From: Candidatus Saccharimonadota bacterium
GTDB lineage: Bacteria > Patescibacteriota > Saccharimonadia > Saccharimonadales > DTSZ01
DNA length: 64,000 nucleotides
Direction of reading: 5' to 3'
Assembly: GCA_012965045.1 (NCBI GenBank)
Contig: DTSZ01000001.1
Coordinates: 156,937 to 220,936 of the forward strand
Each line of letters starts with the position of its first letter. Position 1 is the first letter of the stretch. This document shows positions 1-9,438 of this stretch, in pieces. Under the pieces are notes generated by a model, which made no database searches, was not told the DNA's origin, and saw nothing but the letters and a program-made list of their open reading frames with translations. The position numbers and the translations under genes are program-made.

Positions 1-52
1 AAGTATACTTTGATTGTTTCTTTAAAAAAGTAGTATTTCTCTGTTTTATTTG

Positions 53-520
53 GCAAGCTGCCGCTTACAAACCTCTCGCCCATTTGTGTCGACAAACGGG
101 CACAAAACGACTGGGCGGGGCACCCATCTCTTGAGTAGCTGTTAGTACTAAAAACATTCTCAAAAAGAGTACTTGATACAAGAGTGCTCCCAGCACTCTT
201 GTTCAGGCACGCATTTTGAGGTGAGGTTCACATGTTTTTGACTACAACAGCCTACTCAGGAGATTGCTGCTTTAGGCCCAGACCCAAGCGAGCAAAGCTC
301 GCAATGCAGCTAGTCCACTTTGAACTTCTTCCTGATGAAGAATGCTTTTTGCACAATTGCTCGGAGGGCGAGGACCACGGAAGCGAATACTTGGAGCTTT
401 CTCCCGCAGCCAATTGTGTAAAAAGCAATGAAACATAAAGAAGGAGTGAACGTGGTGATCTTTTGGCTCCACCGTTTTGATCACTCAAAATGGTGGAAAT
501 GAGGGCAGGCGGCAGCTTGC
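53..520. repeat. Large structured intergenic element, copy A (~468 nt, full length)
   Basis: Closed by a perfect 12-nt inverted repeat, gcaagctgccgc (53-64) with gcggcagcttgc (509-520). An inner end-to-end pairing joins 79-100 to 469-496. The core 223-348 aligns base for base (roughly three quarters identical by eye) with 41160-41289. Long central hairpin 344-426. ORF 232..438 inside it is not conserved in copy C. Confidence 0.6.
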
Positions 521-551
521 AACTTTTTAGATAAAAATAAAATTTTTAAAA

Positions 552-1553
552 CTAATTCACAAAAAAACTCTTTTTATAGTCATCAAGATTAGTCATAGCT
601 ATATTAGCTCCCTTAACCGCACAGTACAGTGGGTCTTGGGCGATTATGCATGGTACGCCGACAACTTTGCGCATAAGATCGTCGAGTTTGTGGAGCATTG
701 CCGTGCCACCAGTCAGCATCATGCCGTGTTCAACAATATCTGCAACAAGTTCTGGCGAAGTTCGCTCCATAACTTGGCGAATACCTAGAACGATTTGCTC
801 AAGTATGCCTTCGATAGAATCAACTAATTCGTTACTGCTGACTTCAATTTGTTTGGGCATGCCGCCAATTGTGTCGCGTCCCTGAACTTTGATGGTTTCG
901 TCTTGTTGCCGTGGCATGGCCGATGCTACCAGTCGCTTAATTTCTTCTGCTGTTGCTGCGCCGATTGAAATTTTATGATTCTGGCGCATGTAGCGGGCAA
1001 TGGCGTTGTCGATAGTAATGCCGCCAACCCGAATACTGTGCGAGGCCACTACCCCGCTTAATGAGATGACTGCAATTTCGGTCGAGCCAGCGCCGATGTG
1101 CACAATTAGATTGCCAGTTGGGTCGGCAATAGGTATACCGGCGCCCAGGGCTGCGGCAACGGGAGCGTCAATCAAGAATGGGTTACTAATACCAGCAGTT
1201 TTAGCTACGTCGACGACTGCTCGTCTTTCGGTCGAGGTTGCCCCTGACGACACCGTTATCATGGCTTCGGGTTTACGCAGCCTAAAGCGACCGATTGAGT
1301 CGATAATAAATTGTTCTAGCATGAGCCGGGTCATTTTAAAGTCTGCTACTACCCCGCTGCTGAGCGGTCGAGTGGCCAATAATGCCTCTGGTGTGCGTTC
1401 CATCATCTCCAGAGCGTCGGTTCCGACGGCAGCAATCTTGTTGTCGGGTGTTTTGGCGATTACACTTGGTTCGTCAAGAACAACACCTTTACGAGGTATA
1501 TAAATGCGCGTTGCGCTGCTTCCTAAGTCGATTGCTATTCGTTGTGTAATCAT
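552..1553 (-). CDS. mreB: Rod-shape-determining actin-like protein MreB
   Basis: 333-aa ORF with the IAIDLGSS phosphate-binding start, a DEPS segment, and GAGSTE and LTGGTA motifs typical of MreB. Confidence 0.9.
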   Translation of the reverse strand: MITQRIAIDLGSSATRIYIPRKGVVLDEPSVIAKTPDNKIAAVGTDALEMMERTPEALLATRPLSSGVVADFKMTRLMLEQFIIDSIGRFRLRKPEAMITVSSGATSTERRAVVDVAKTAGISNPFLIDAPVAAALGAGIPIADPTGNLIVHIGAGSTEIAVISLSGVVASHSIRVGGITIDNAIARYMRQNHKISIGAATAEEIKRLVASAMPRQQDETIKVQGRDTIGGMPKQIEVSSNELVDSIEGILEQIVLGIRQVMERTSPELVADIVEHGMMLTGGTAMLHKLDDLMRKVVGVPCIIAQDPLYCAVKGANIAMTNLDDYKKSFFVN

Positions 1554-1637
1554 GTGTTCTTGTTAAGTATTAGTGAGTTGCAGCATATCTGCAAACATAA
1601 GCAGTAACTTATTTGTTATACTAGAAAGCACCTAAAT

Positions 1638-3521
1638 ATGCTAGGACATCAACCATCATTCCGGCACTTTTTATATACTGCCGTGGCAAATATTGCCACG
1701 CTTATTTTTGTTGTGATCGGAACTATTCTAATTGTGGCTTTAGCGCAAGGCTACCGCTACGATGTCGCCAGTGGCGAAGTGTCGTTGTCGGGGTTGTTGC
1801 GAGTTGAGTCTCGTCCCGTTACGGCTGAGGTTTTTATAGACGGCCAATCAACCGATGAACGCACATCATACAAAGAAACAATCCCTGAGGGCTCGTATAA
1901 TGTGGAGCTTGTAGCTGATGGCTATCGAACATGGCAAAAAGACGTACAAATTCGAGGTGGACTTGTGGAGTGGCTTCGGTACCCACGGTTGATACCAGAA
2001 ACACTTGTAGCAGAATCTGTCTTAGCTCAGCCAGCAACGCAAGAACTAAGCTTTAGCCCGGATGGCCAGTTTGCCGTGCGCGGAACTGCTCAGGAGCTTG
2101 CCTTGCTTGACTTAACTAATCCATCAGCACAACAACAGCCAATTAACTTAACTGTCGGGCCAGATAGCAGCATCCAATCAATACTGTGGAATTCAAATGG
2201 CTCGGCTGCGCTGATTGTGATTGCTGGCGAGCAACCGTCGTTTGTCATTTTTGAGCCAGAAAGCTTAAAAGTAACCGATGTCACCAAGGTGCTGTCGAGC
2301 TTTACGCCTGTAGCTTTGCTTGAAGATCAAATTATTGGACGACGAGGAGCAAATGACTTGTGGGCAGTTCCAATAAATGGTGAAACTGTTAGTCCACTTG
2401 CAGCGAGCGCAACAGCCTTTAGTACCAGCCAAAATTACACAGTTTGGGTTGAAGATGGCGTTATATCACTGTGGGATGGTGAGCAGATTGTTGCCATCGA
2501 AGATGTAATTCGGTACCCACGGTTGATACCAGAAACACTTGTAGCAGAATCTGTCTTAGCTCAGCCAGCAACGCAAGAACTAAGCTTTAGCCCGGATGGC
2601 CAGTTTGCCGTGCGCGGAACTGCTCAGGAGCTTGCCTTGCTTGACTTAACTAATCCATCAGCACAACAACAGCCAATTAACTTAACTGTCGGGCCAGATA
2701 GCAGCATCCAATCAATACTGTGGAATTCAAATGGCTCGGCTGCGCTGATTGTGATTGCTGGCGAGCAACCGTCGTTTGTCATTTTTGAGCCAGAAAGCTT
2801 AAAAGTAACCGATGTCACCAAGGTGCTGTCGAGCTTTACGCCTGTAGCTTTGCTTGAAGATCAAATTATTGGACGACGAGGAGCAAATGACTTGTGGGCA
2901 GTTCCAATAAATGGTGAAACTGTTAGTCCACTTGCAGCGAGCGCAACAGCCTTTAGTACCAGCCAAAATTACACAGTTTGGGTTGAAGATGGCGTTATAT
3001 CACTGTGGGATGGTGAGCAGATTGTTGCCATCGAAGATGTAATTGAAGCTACCCCGACAGAAATTGATATTTTTGAATTTGAAAGTAAACAATACATAGC
3101 TGGGATGACTGACGAAGGCGGCTTTATTATTCGCGATGTTCTTGGTAAACAATCGGTGCGTGACTTGCCGGCCGCCACTGACTATATTGAGGCCTCAAGA
3201 AATGGCCACTATGCTCTGTTCGAAACAACTACCGGCTATAACACTGTTGACCTAGATCAAAACACCGTTCATCAGTTTACGTTTGACCAAGAGGCTGCAA
3301 ACATCCGCTGGGCAGACGATTTTTCGCTTCTAGCAGAGGTTGGTGAGGCCCATGTCCTACTCGAATTCGACGGCGGCAACCAAGAAGTTGTAACTACAGC
3401 GTTGGATGCTTCTGATGTTGTTTTGTCTCAGTCTGGCCGGTCAGCCTACGTGGTGTCAGAAATTGCTGGATCAAACTCTACCGTACTCGACCAAATTAGC
3501 CTCATCGTTCAAGACAATTAA
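1638..3521 (+). CDS. Membrane-anchored PEGA-domain protein with an internal exact 178-aa duplication
   Basis: N-terminal TM helix. A PEGA-like segment follows (AEVFIDGQ...PEGSYNVELVADGYRTW). The rest is a beta-rich extracellular-looking region containing the duplicated block. Confidence 0.7.
   Translation: MLGHQPSFRHFLYTAVANIATLIFVVIGTILIVALAQGYRYDVASGEVSLSGLLRVESRPVTAEVFIDGQSTDERTSYKETIPEGSYNVELVADGYRTWQKDVQIRGGLVEWLRYPRLIPETLVAESVLAQPATQELSFSPDGQFAVRGTAQELALLDLTNPSAQQQPINLTVGPDSSIQSILWNSNGSAALIVIAGEQPSFVIFEPESLKVTDVTKVLSSFTPVALLEDQIIGRRGANDLWAVPINGETVSPLAASATAFSTSQNYTVWVEDGVISLWDGEQIVAIEDVIRYPRLIPETLVAESVLAQPATQELSFSPDGQFAVRGTAQELALLDLTNPSAQQQPINLTVGPDSSIQSILWNSNGSAALIVIAGEQPSFVIFEPESLKVTDVTKVLSSFTPVALLEDQIIGRRGANDLWAVPINGETVSPLAASATAFSTSQNYTVWVEDGVISLWDGEQIVAIEDVIEATPTEIDIFEFESKQYIAGMTDEGGFIIRDVLGKQSVRDLPAATDYIEASRNGHYALFETTTGYNTVDLDQNTVHQFTFDQEAANIRWADDFSLLAEVGEAHVLLEFDGGNQEVVTTALDASDVVLSQSGRSAYVVSEIAGSNSTVLDQISLIVQDN
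1977..3044 (+). repeat. Perfect tandem direct repeat, 2 x 534 bp, in frame within CDS 1638..3521
   Basis: 1977-2510 and 2511-3044 read identically. The ORF track also shows identical antisense ORFs at 2090..2287 and 2624..2821, offset by 534. Confidence 0.9.
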
Positions 3522-4969
3522 TCAAATAGCCAGTCGCGTAAGTTGTCCCATAGCGACCGCGTATTGCCGCCAATAATTTCTTGGTCTTCAGGGGTTAGTT
3601 CGATATCTGCTTCTTCTGCTTCTAGGGGGTCGGGGCTAATTTGTTCGGCCTGGATAACAAGACGCTTCCAACTGGTCCCTGGCGGCGTACAAGTAATGAG
3701 GGTTGAAATCGGTAGCCCGTTTGTTTCTTGGCTAACTACCCTAAATTCTGTCGGTTCAATAACTTCTTTGTTAAAAATTTCATAGACATAGCGCTTACCC
3801 TCGAAATGGATCATGTAGGTGTCGCCGATTTCTAAGCGGTCAAGGAGTGAAAACGCATTTTTGTGTTGTCCGCCGTTCCAGAAGCTGTTTGACGAGTGGC
3901 CTAAGATTACAGTATTACCAACTTGGCCGGGCAACGCTGTTCTAGCGTAGTGCACCACACCCTGTTCTAGATAGTCTTGAATCACATCATCGTTACGGGT
4001 TTCTACCCCATATACAGTAGGCACTTGGACATTGATTTTTGGAATTATAACTTCCGGTTCTGCCCCGACAGTGTTATTAGCTGAGGGATCGATAATTTGC
4101 GGAGAAACCACTGCATCACCCGGGCTAATGTAGTAGTTAATTTGGCCTGAAATTAGCTGGTTGTTGTACAGCACCAACACAAGTGCAGTAATAATTGCAG
4201 TTTTGTACATTGGATTCTTTTTTTGGGTTGGAGTTTTGTGTCGTTGTCGTTTCCAAAATTTAAGTTTGTCTTTTTTAGTTGCGCGCAGCTTTTCGGCCTG
4301 TTTTGTGAAGTTCTTAATCGCACTGTCTCGTGATGTAGCGGCAGAATGCATCTGACCTTCGGGATTAAGCTGCTGCGAAATAGTTGGTGCAGCAAACTGA
4401 TCCTCATTAACGACGGGTTGCTGAATGCTTGGTTGCGGCACTGGTGGCTCTACGTGCGGCCGGCTGGTTTGAGGACGTGGCGTGGATACTTGAGGCAGCG
4501 TAAATGCAGATTGAGCCTGCGGTAACTCAAAATGAGTATTCGGTGGCGGTAGTTCGTGGTCTGGCTGAGCAACATGATCAACATGATCTATAGATTGCTG
4601 CAGCGATTGTTCTCGTTCGTATAACATGCCGGTAGCTGGGCTGTGCGTATTGCCGTGCGGAATTTTAAATGTTTGGAAGTCTTTGTGGCTGCTGTCGTTT
4701 TGGTGCGGTGATTGGTGCGTGCTGGCCTGGGTTTGGGTCGATTGGTACGGTCGAAATACTGCTGGTTCAGGCGTTGGCTGTTCTACCACCGGTTGCTGTG
4801 GCTCTGGTTGTGGTTGAGCGGCTGGCTGTGGCTGAGAATCATCACCATATAAAGACGCCAATTTTGCGCGGACTAAATTGGCGGCAAGTTCACTGTTCTG
4901 GTCGGGGTCGTCTTTAGGCGGATTGCTGTTGCTAGAATTGCCTAAATACGGGTTATTGTGTCTATCCAT
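3518..4969 (-). CDS. Sortase-family transpeptidase with a long Pro/Gln-rich N-terminal region
   Basis: C-terminal LITCTPPG catalytic-Cys motif, an ILGHSS His motif, and one TM helix (IITALVLVLY). The ORF is open to 5062, but the ATG at 4969 just downstream of an AT-rich tataat-like stretch is more plausible. Confidence 0.8.
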   Translation of the reverse strand: MDRHNNPYLGNSSNSNPPKDDPDQNSELAANLVRAKLASLYGDDSQPQPAAQPQPEPQQPVVEQPTPEPAVFRPYQSTQTQASTHQSPHQNDSSHKDFQTFKIPHGNTHSPATGMLYEREQSLQQSIDHVDHVAQPDHELPPPNTHFELPQAQSAFTLPQVSTPRPQTSRPHVEPPVPQPSIQQPVVNEDQFAAPTISQQLNPEGQMHSAATSRDSAIKNFTKQAEKLRATKKDKLKFWKRQRHKTPTQKKNPMYKTAIITALVLVLYNNQLISGQINYYISPGDAVVSPQIIDPSANNTVGAEPEVIIPKINVQVPTVYGVETRNDDVIQDYLEQGVVHYARTALPGQVGNTVILGHSSNSFWNGGQHKNAFSLLDRLEIGDTYMIHFEGKRYVYEIFNKEVIEPTEFRVVSQETNGLPISTLITCTPPGTSWKRLVIQAEQISPDPLEAEEADIELTPEDQEIIGGNTRSLWDNLRDWLFD

Positions 4970-5209
4970 GTTGTTTAAGTTTAACAAAAATATTGTATAA
5001 TAATTATGTTTTTTTGTACAGAGTAATGTTTGAGGCACAACCTGAGTTAGTTTATGGCGCATGTGCTGTGTGGCGAATAGTGAAATAATTTAATTTTTAA
5101 ACGCCTTTAAACATGAGGTTACGAGGCAAAATTATTTGGTGAACCCATGTCATAAACAACAGAGTGTTTTAGTTTAATTTAGATGCAAAAACTGCTAATC
5201 TATTGAGAA

Positions 5210-5298
5210 GGCGCGGTGGCGGAACTGGTAGACGCGCGGGACTCAAAATCCCGTTTGGTTAATCCCGAGTGTGGGTTCGATTCCCACCCGCGCCACCA
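5210..5298 (+). tRNA. tRNA-Leu (anticodon CAA), class II with long variable arm, CCA encoded
   Basis: Acceptor ggcgcgg/ccgcgcc, anticodon stem-loop cggga-ctCAAaa-tcccg, T arm gtggg-ttcgatt-cccac, then discriminator a plus cca. Confidence 0.9.
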
Positions 5299-5309
5299 TG
5301 TGGACAAGG

Positions 5310-5780
5310 ATGACTATTTCAAAAAAACTCGGACATCATAAAAAGCAATTTTCACTTTTTGCTGTGGTTGGTATATTTAATACCTTTTTTGACTTTACCA
5401 CCTATAATATTTTGATTTTTATTTTTGGCTTCGCGGCCGTAGTAGCGAATGTCTTTTCTGCTTCGTTGGCAATGATGGTTAGTTTCGTGTTGAATAAAAA
5501 ATACGTTTTTTCTGATATTTCTCGCAAAAACACCAAGCATCAATTTGCCTTATTTGTAGTCATAACTGCCATTGGTATCTATGTAATACAAAGTTCTTTA
5601 ATAGCCATACTCACCGCCGAATCGTTGGTTTTTCACGATGTTTTCATTCGCATAAATTCATTGCTACCACAAGTATTCGACGACCAATTTGTCGTTGTTA
5701 ATGGCGCAAAAGCTGTGGCTACAGTCGGCTCATTACTATGGAATTATGTTATGTACGCTAAATTCGTGTTTAATAAGTAG
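5310..5780 (+). CDS. GtrA-family membrane protein
   Basis: Four hydrophobic helices with the FxxVGxxNTxxDF start typical of GtrA. The track ORF start at 5271 lies inside the tRNA, so the start was moved to the ATG at 5310 (5298 is also possible). Confidence 0.7.
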   Translation: MTISKKLGHHKKQFSLFAVVGIFNTFFDFTTYNILIFIFGFAAVVANVFSASLAMMVSFVLNKKYVFSDISRKNTKHQFALFVVITAIGIYVIQSSLIAILTAESLVFHDVFIRINSLLPQVFDDQFVVVNGAKAVATVGSLLWNYVMYAKFVFNK

Positions 5781-5783
5781 CAA

Positions 5784-6521
5784 ATGAATAAGCCAGATAT
5801 TTCGATTGTAATTCCAACTTACAACGAAGCCGCACGAATACAGGACACCTTAAAAAGAACCGACTCATACCTACAGCGGCAATCGTTTACGTACGAAATT
5901 ATAGTGTGCGATGCACATAGTCCGGATGGAACTGCCGATATAGTTAAAGCCATGCAGAAAAAACTCACCAGCGTCCGACTGGTAGATGCTGGCGCAAGAA
6001 TCGGCAAAGGCAACAATGTGAAAGTTGGGCTCGAGCATGCCAGCGGCAGGTTCCATATATTTATGGACGCCGACTTAGCCACTCCCCTGCACCATATACA
6101 AACAGCCTACGACTATCTGCAGGCTGGTGCGGACGTAGTTATTGCCGAGCGTGATCTTCGTAAAATTCATTCTGGCTACAGAGAGTATTTATCGCTACTC
6201 AGCAACTACCTTATTCAGTTTTTAGTTGCACCAGGAGTGTCAGACACCCAGTGTGGCTTTAAAGGTTTTAGCGCCAAAGCCAGTGCTATTTGTACGCAAT
6301 ATCAAAGTATTTTGGGATGGGGTTTTGATTTTGAATATTTGTTAATTGCCCGACGCAACAAACTGCGTCTCGCGACATTCACTATCGGAGACTGGTTTGA
6401 TCCTAAGTCGAAAGAAGAAGGCTTAGTTGGCGACAATACACTGCTAGCGTCGTTTAAAACACTTCAAGAGCTTTTTAAAATTAAAGTAAAGGACCTGCAA
6501 GGTGCGTACCGAAAAAAGTAG
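5784..6521 (+). CDS. Family 2 glycosyltransferase (polyprenol-phosphate sugar synthase-like)
   Basis: ISIVIPTYNE start and FMDADL (DxD) motif; about 245 aa, as for the DPM1/GtrB class. Confidence 0.8.
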   Translation: MNKPDISIVIPTYNEAARIQDTLKRTDSYLQRQSFTYEIIVCDAHSPDGTADIVKAMQKKLTSVRLVDAGARIGKGNNVKVGLEHASGRFHIFMDADLATPLHHIQTAYDYLQAGADVVIAERDLRKIHSGYREYLSLLSNYLIQFLVAPGVSDTQCGFKGFSAKASAICTQYQSILGWGFDFEYLLIARRNKLRLATFTIGDWFDPKSKEEGLVGDNTLLASFKTLQELFKIKVKDLQGAYRKK

Positions 6522-7995
6522 ACTACTAGTCGTTGCAGCGTTGATGCTTGTTTTCGCATGCTTAGGGGTTTTGCTTATTGGCAGGGGTTCAATTTGGTTC
6601 GACGAAAGCTTTACCTATATGTTGGCAGAATATGATCTGGGCGAACTGTTGCAACGAGCCCAGTATGACGTTCATCCCCCTGCGTATTATCTACTGCTAA
6701 AAGCTTGGATGAGTTTATTTGGGTCGACGATTGTTGCTATGCGTTCGTTAAGCTTAGTGTTTGGAATTTTATGTATTCCTCTACTGTATGTGGTTGTATC
6801 ACGGCTTAAAAAACCACAGCTGGCACTCGCTTCTAGCTTGTTATTAGCTATTAACCCCTTTTGGCTCCGCTATTCAGTAGAAGCGCGCATGTATACACTG
6901 GCGGCTTTTATGGCTTTAGCTGCAACCTATACCCTTCTGCGCCACCGGCAGTCAAAAAAAGCACTTAGCCTTGTCGTGTACACGATCCTGGGTGGCATAG
7001 GGCTATTGATTCATTACTATTTCGCCTTTGTTTTAGCAGCGCACGCTCTGTGGTTACTGTATGAATCGTACCTTCAAAACCAGTCAGTAAAAGGCCTACT
7101 GCAGTCGTTTGAGCGACGCTATATTGCTGCTTGGGTAGGCATACTTGGAATTTTTGCAGTCTGGCTTCCAGCGGCAGTGCGTCAATTTCAAGAGGTTCAA
7201 GGCGGTTTTTGGATACAGCCAGTTGATCATCGATCATTGTATTCGACATTCACCAAAATAGCTCTTTATTTTGACGAATGGAAGCTTGAGGGCTGGCAGG
7301 CTGTTGGCGCCATGGCGCTATGTGTCTTTACGGTGATTGGCTTTGTTCGGTATGTTCGCACTCATTCATTACGAAGCATACAACTACCACTTCTTATTGC
7401 ACTCGTACCTATTGGCTGCATATTTGTTCTGTCATTGCCACCGTTGGACCCGGTGTACAATAACCGTTATTTCAGTCTTACTACCCCATTTATTATGGTT
7501 TTATTTGCTGGATCGTTGCTCTATTGGTTAGCGCAAAAAAACCACTATTTAAAAGTTGCCAGCCTGGCAATTCCACTCAGTTTTTTACTTGGTATTACCA
7601 ATACTTTTGCACTCCGTGATTTTAATTCCGACAACTTAAATTACAATCAATTTAGCACTGTATGGGAGCAAGCGGAGCCGCAAATTCGCGACGATGATTT
7701 GCTGTTGTCGGCCGAACATTACGCCTATTTTGATGTGAGCTACTATGCATCAACCAGTAACCTCAACGCTAAAATGTACACTCTAAACAAGCCGTATCAA
7801 TGGGGTGGCACGTCACTGGTTTATGACCGTGAGGATTTGCATGTTGACGACTTGAGCACTGTTACAAACGACCGAGTGTGGACTGTTTATTTTGACAGTA
7901 ACGATATTCCTCCAGCCGAACTTCCTGCCAACTGGAGCCAGCAGCAAACGATTACAGCTGGCAATAATTCGATGACGTTATATCTTGTTAAATAA
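6502..7995 (+). CDS. Polytopic membrane glycosyltransferase, PMT/ArnT (GT-C)-like
   Basis: About 10 or more TM helices followed by a soluble C-terminal domain. GTG start overlaps the GT2 gene. Sits in a GtrA-GT2-GT-C trio. Confidence 0.6.
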   Translation: MRTEKSRLLVVAALMLVFACLGVLLIGRGSIWFDESFTYMLAEYDLGELLQRAQYDVHPPAYYLLLKAWMSLFGSTIVAMRSLSLVFGILCIPLLYVVVSRLKKPQLALASSLLLAINPFWLRYSVEARMYTLAAFMALAATYTLLRHRQSKKALSLVVYTILGGIGLLIHYYFAFVLAAHALWLLYESYLQNQSVKGLLQSFERRYIAAWVGILGIFAVWLPAAVRQFQEVQGGFWIQPVDHRSLYSTFTKIALYFDEWKLEGWQAVGAMALCVFTVIGFVRYVRTHSLRSIQLPLLIALVPIGCIFVLSLPPLDPVYNNRYFSLTTPFIMVLFAGSLLYWLAQKNHYLKVASLAIPLSFLLGITNTFALRDFNSDNLNYNQFSTVWEQAEPQIRDDDLLLSAEHYAYFDVSYYASTSNLNAKMYTLNKPYQWGGTSLVYDREDLHVDDLSTVTNDRVWTVYFDSNDIPPAELPANWSQQQTITAGNNSMTLYLVK

Positions 7996-8734
7996 CACTA
8001 ATGGCAACTGCTTTGCTCTGCGGTAGATAGTTTTCACCAAGCACAGCAACCAACGAAGGTGCATTTAGCTGACCCTTGATTCGGATAGCTTCGGTGTTGG
8101 AGCGCACAAACACAAACTGGTTCTGTTCGAAAACAAGCGTTGACTGAAAATGGTCAAATAATAGGTCAAGACAGGTTTGAATGTCTTCGAGCGAAGATTG
8201 CGAGGTAACAGTTTTGGGTAGTTTTTCTTTTCGAGTAAGTAACTGGATGTCTTTTAAGTCCAGCAAAGTAATGGCTGCAACTGATGACTGTTCAAGAACC
8301 TGCGACAAGCCAAAGTCTAGCACGGTAGCCGCGGAACTGTTTTTTAGATAATTCTGGAGGCCCAAAACAGTTTCTGAATTATTTGAAATGTCCGAAGCAA
8401 TAAATACAGTGTCAAATTGACGCGACTGTACTAGCAAATTGCCCCATGCCTCTGCATTAAAAGAATTAGCCGAGCCAGAACCTATAAAATGTAAAAAATC
8501 TGACTGTGGCAGTAGTTTCTCTAACTTTTTTGGCAAGAAAACAGCGAGTTGTTGCAGTTGCTGCGTGCTAAGTTGTGCGTATATGGCCTGAGTGCGCTCA
8601 AAGAAATTAGCATTGCCGCCAATTACAGCGATTCGCGCCCGTTGATCGGCTCGCTCTGGTCGAAGCCAGCGTTGCTTTTGCAGCTCGGGGCTAGTTGTAG
8701 ATAACGTCTGCCAAGACATAGCCGTCTCCATCAT
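7988..8734 (-). CDS. Hypothetical protein (weak resemblance to the YjeF C-terminal carbohydrate-kinase fold)
   Basis: 248-aa ORF. Only a RxxxAVIGGN-type segment is suggestive. The start is uncertain because it overlaps the upstream HAD gene. Confidence 0.35.
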   Translation of the reverse strand: MMETAMSWQTLSTTSPELQKQRWLRPERADQRARIAVIGGNANFFERTQAIYAQLSTQQLQQLAVFLPKKLEKLLPQSDFLHFIGSGSANSFNAEAWGNLLVQSRQFDTVFIASDISNNSETVLGLQNYLKNSSAATVLDFGLSQVLEQSSVAAITLLDLKDIQLLTRKEKLPKTVTSQSSLEDIQTCLDLLFDHFQSTLVFEQNQFVFVRSNTEAIRIKGQLNAPSLVAVLGENYLPQSKAVAISVI

Positions 8735-9416
8735 TTCTTAAACTATAGGTATTATTTTTTCTCTCCACCACAATGTCCCAGCCGCTTGTTTGAGCATGTT
8801 TAGCCAGAGGTTTGTCGGGGTTGAATGCTATTGGATTTTCTACAAGTTCGAGCATGGAAATATCGCCACTAGAATCCCCAAAGCCATAGCTGTCCGCTAG
8901 GGTGAGGTCTTTTTCTTCAATAAGTTTTTTCAGTAGCCGGTCTTTGTTGGTGTGGGTTTCGAAAATACTACCAGTGAAAACACCGTTGTTTCTTTCGTAT
9001 TCTTGACCAACCCAGTGGTCAAATCCATAAAACGGAGCAAACTGCTCAATTAGTTCAATTTGCGAACCCGAGATGGCGATTAGGTAATAGCCGCGCTCTT
9101 TTAGTTTTTGCACCATGGTCCGTGTATAGAAATACACATTGTTTTTTTGAGCTTTAACAATTAACTTTGCGGCTGCATCGTAAGCCTGGACATCAATTGA
9201 CGGAATTATTGCGTTTAAGGCGTCAACCATCGCTTGTTCAAATTCTCGAAATGCATTGCCGTGCGTCCGGTCGTGCCAAGCTTGTTTTTTATCTTCATAG
9301 GCTTGGCGGACAGACTTCGGAATAGCCCCTACTCTATCCAGTTCAAAAACTAACTCTCTATATAGTCCGCTCCTAAAGAGCGTCCCGTCGATATCAAAAA
9401 CCGCAAACTTGTTCAT
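8691..9416 (-). CDS. HAD-superfamily (subfamily IB-like) phosphatase
   Basis: FDIDGTL motif I, a SGS motif II region, and GDSSGD motif III/IV. Confidence 0.8.
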   Translation of the reverse strand: MNKFAVFDIDGTLFRSGLYRELVFELDRVGAIPKSVRQAYEDKKQAWHDRTHGNAFREFEQAMVDALNAIIPSIDVQAYDAAAKLIVKAQKNNVYFYTRTMVQKLKERGYYLIAISGSQIELIEQFAPFYGFDHWVGQEYERNNGVFTGSIFETHTNKDRLLKKLIEEKDLTLADSYGFGDSSGDISMLELVENPIAFNPDKPLAKHAQTSGWDIVVERKNNTYSLRNDGDGYVLADVIYN

Positions 9417-9438
9417 AGTTATATAGTATAGAGCAGAT

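Noticed and set aside
177-203. GAGTGCT-ccc-AGCACTC hairpin in copy A resembling CIRCE half-sites
   Set aside because: The half-sites are in the reverse order with a 3-nt spacer instead of TTAGCACTC-N9-GAGTGCTAA. This is probably a coincidence of a GC-rich hairpin.
232-438. 68-aa ORF (and the antisense ORFs 252..488 and 272..484) inside element copy A
   Set aside because: The homologous stretch in copy C hits a stop after 8 codons. Conservation between copies follows base pairing, not a reading frame.
1000-1503. 167-aa plus-strand ORF opposite mreB
   Set aside because: It is antisense to a well-supported mreB and has no motif or RBS.
3518-5062. Pro/Gln-rich repetitive DNA in the sortase N-terminal region and the plus-strand ORFs across it (4626..4817, 4669..4917)
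   Set aside because: This is low-complexity coding sequence of the sortase N-terminal region. The opposite-strand ORFs are Gly/Cys/Trp-rich artefacts.
5271-5309. Track ORF start of the GtrA gene inside tRNA-Leu
   Set aside because: The first 13 codons overlap the tRNA T arm and acceptor. The start was moved downstream.
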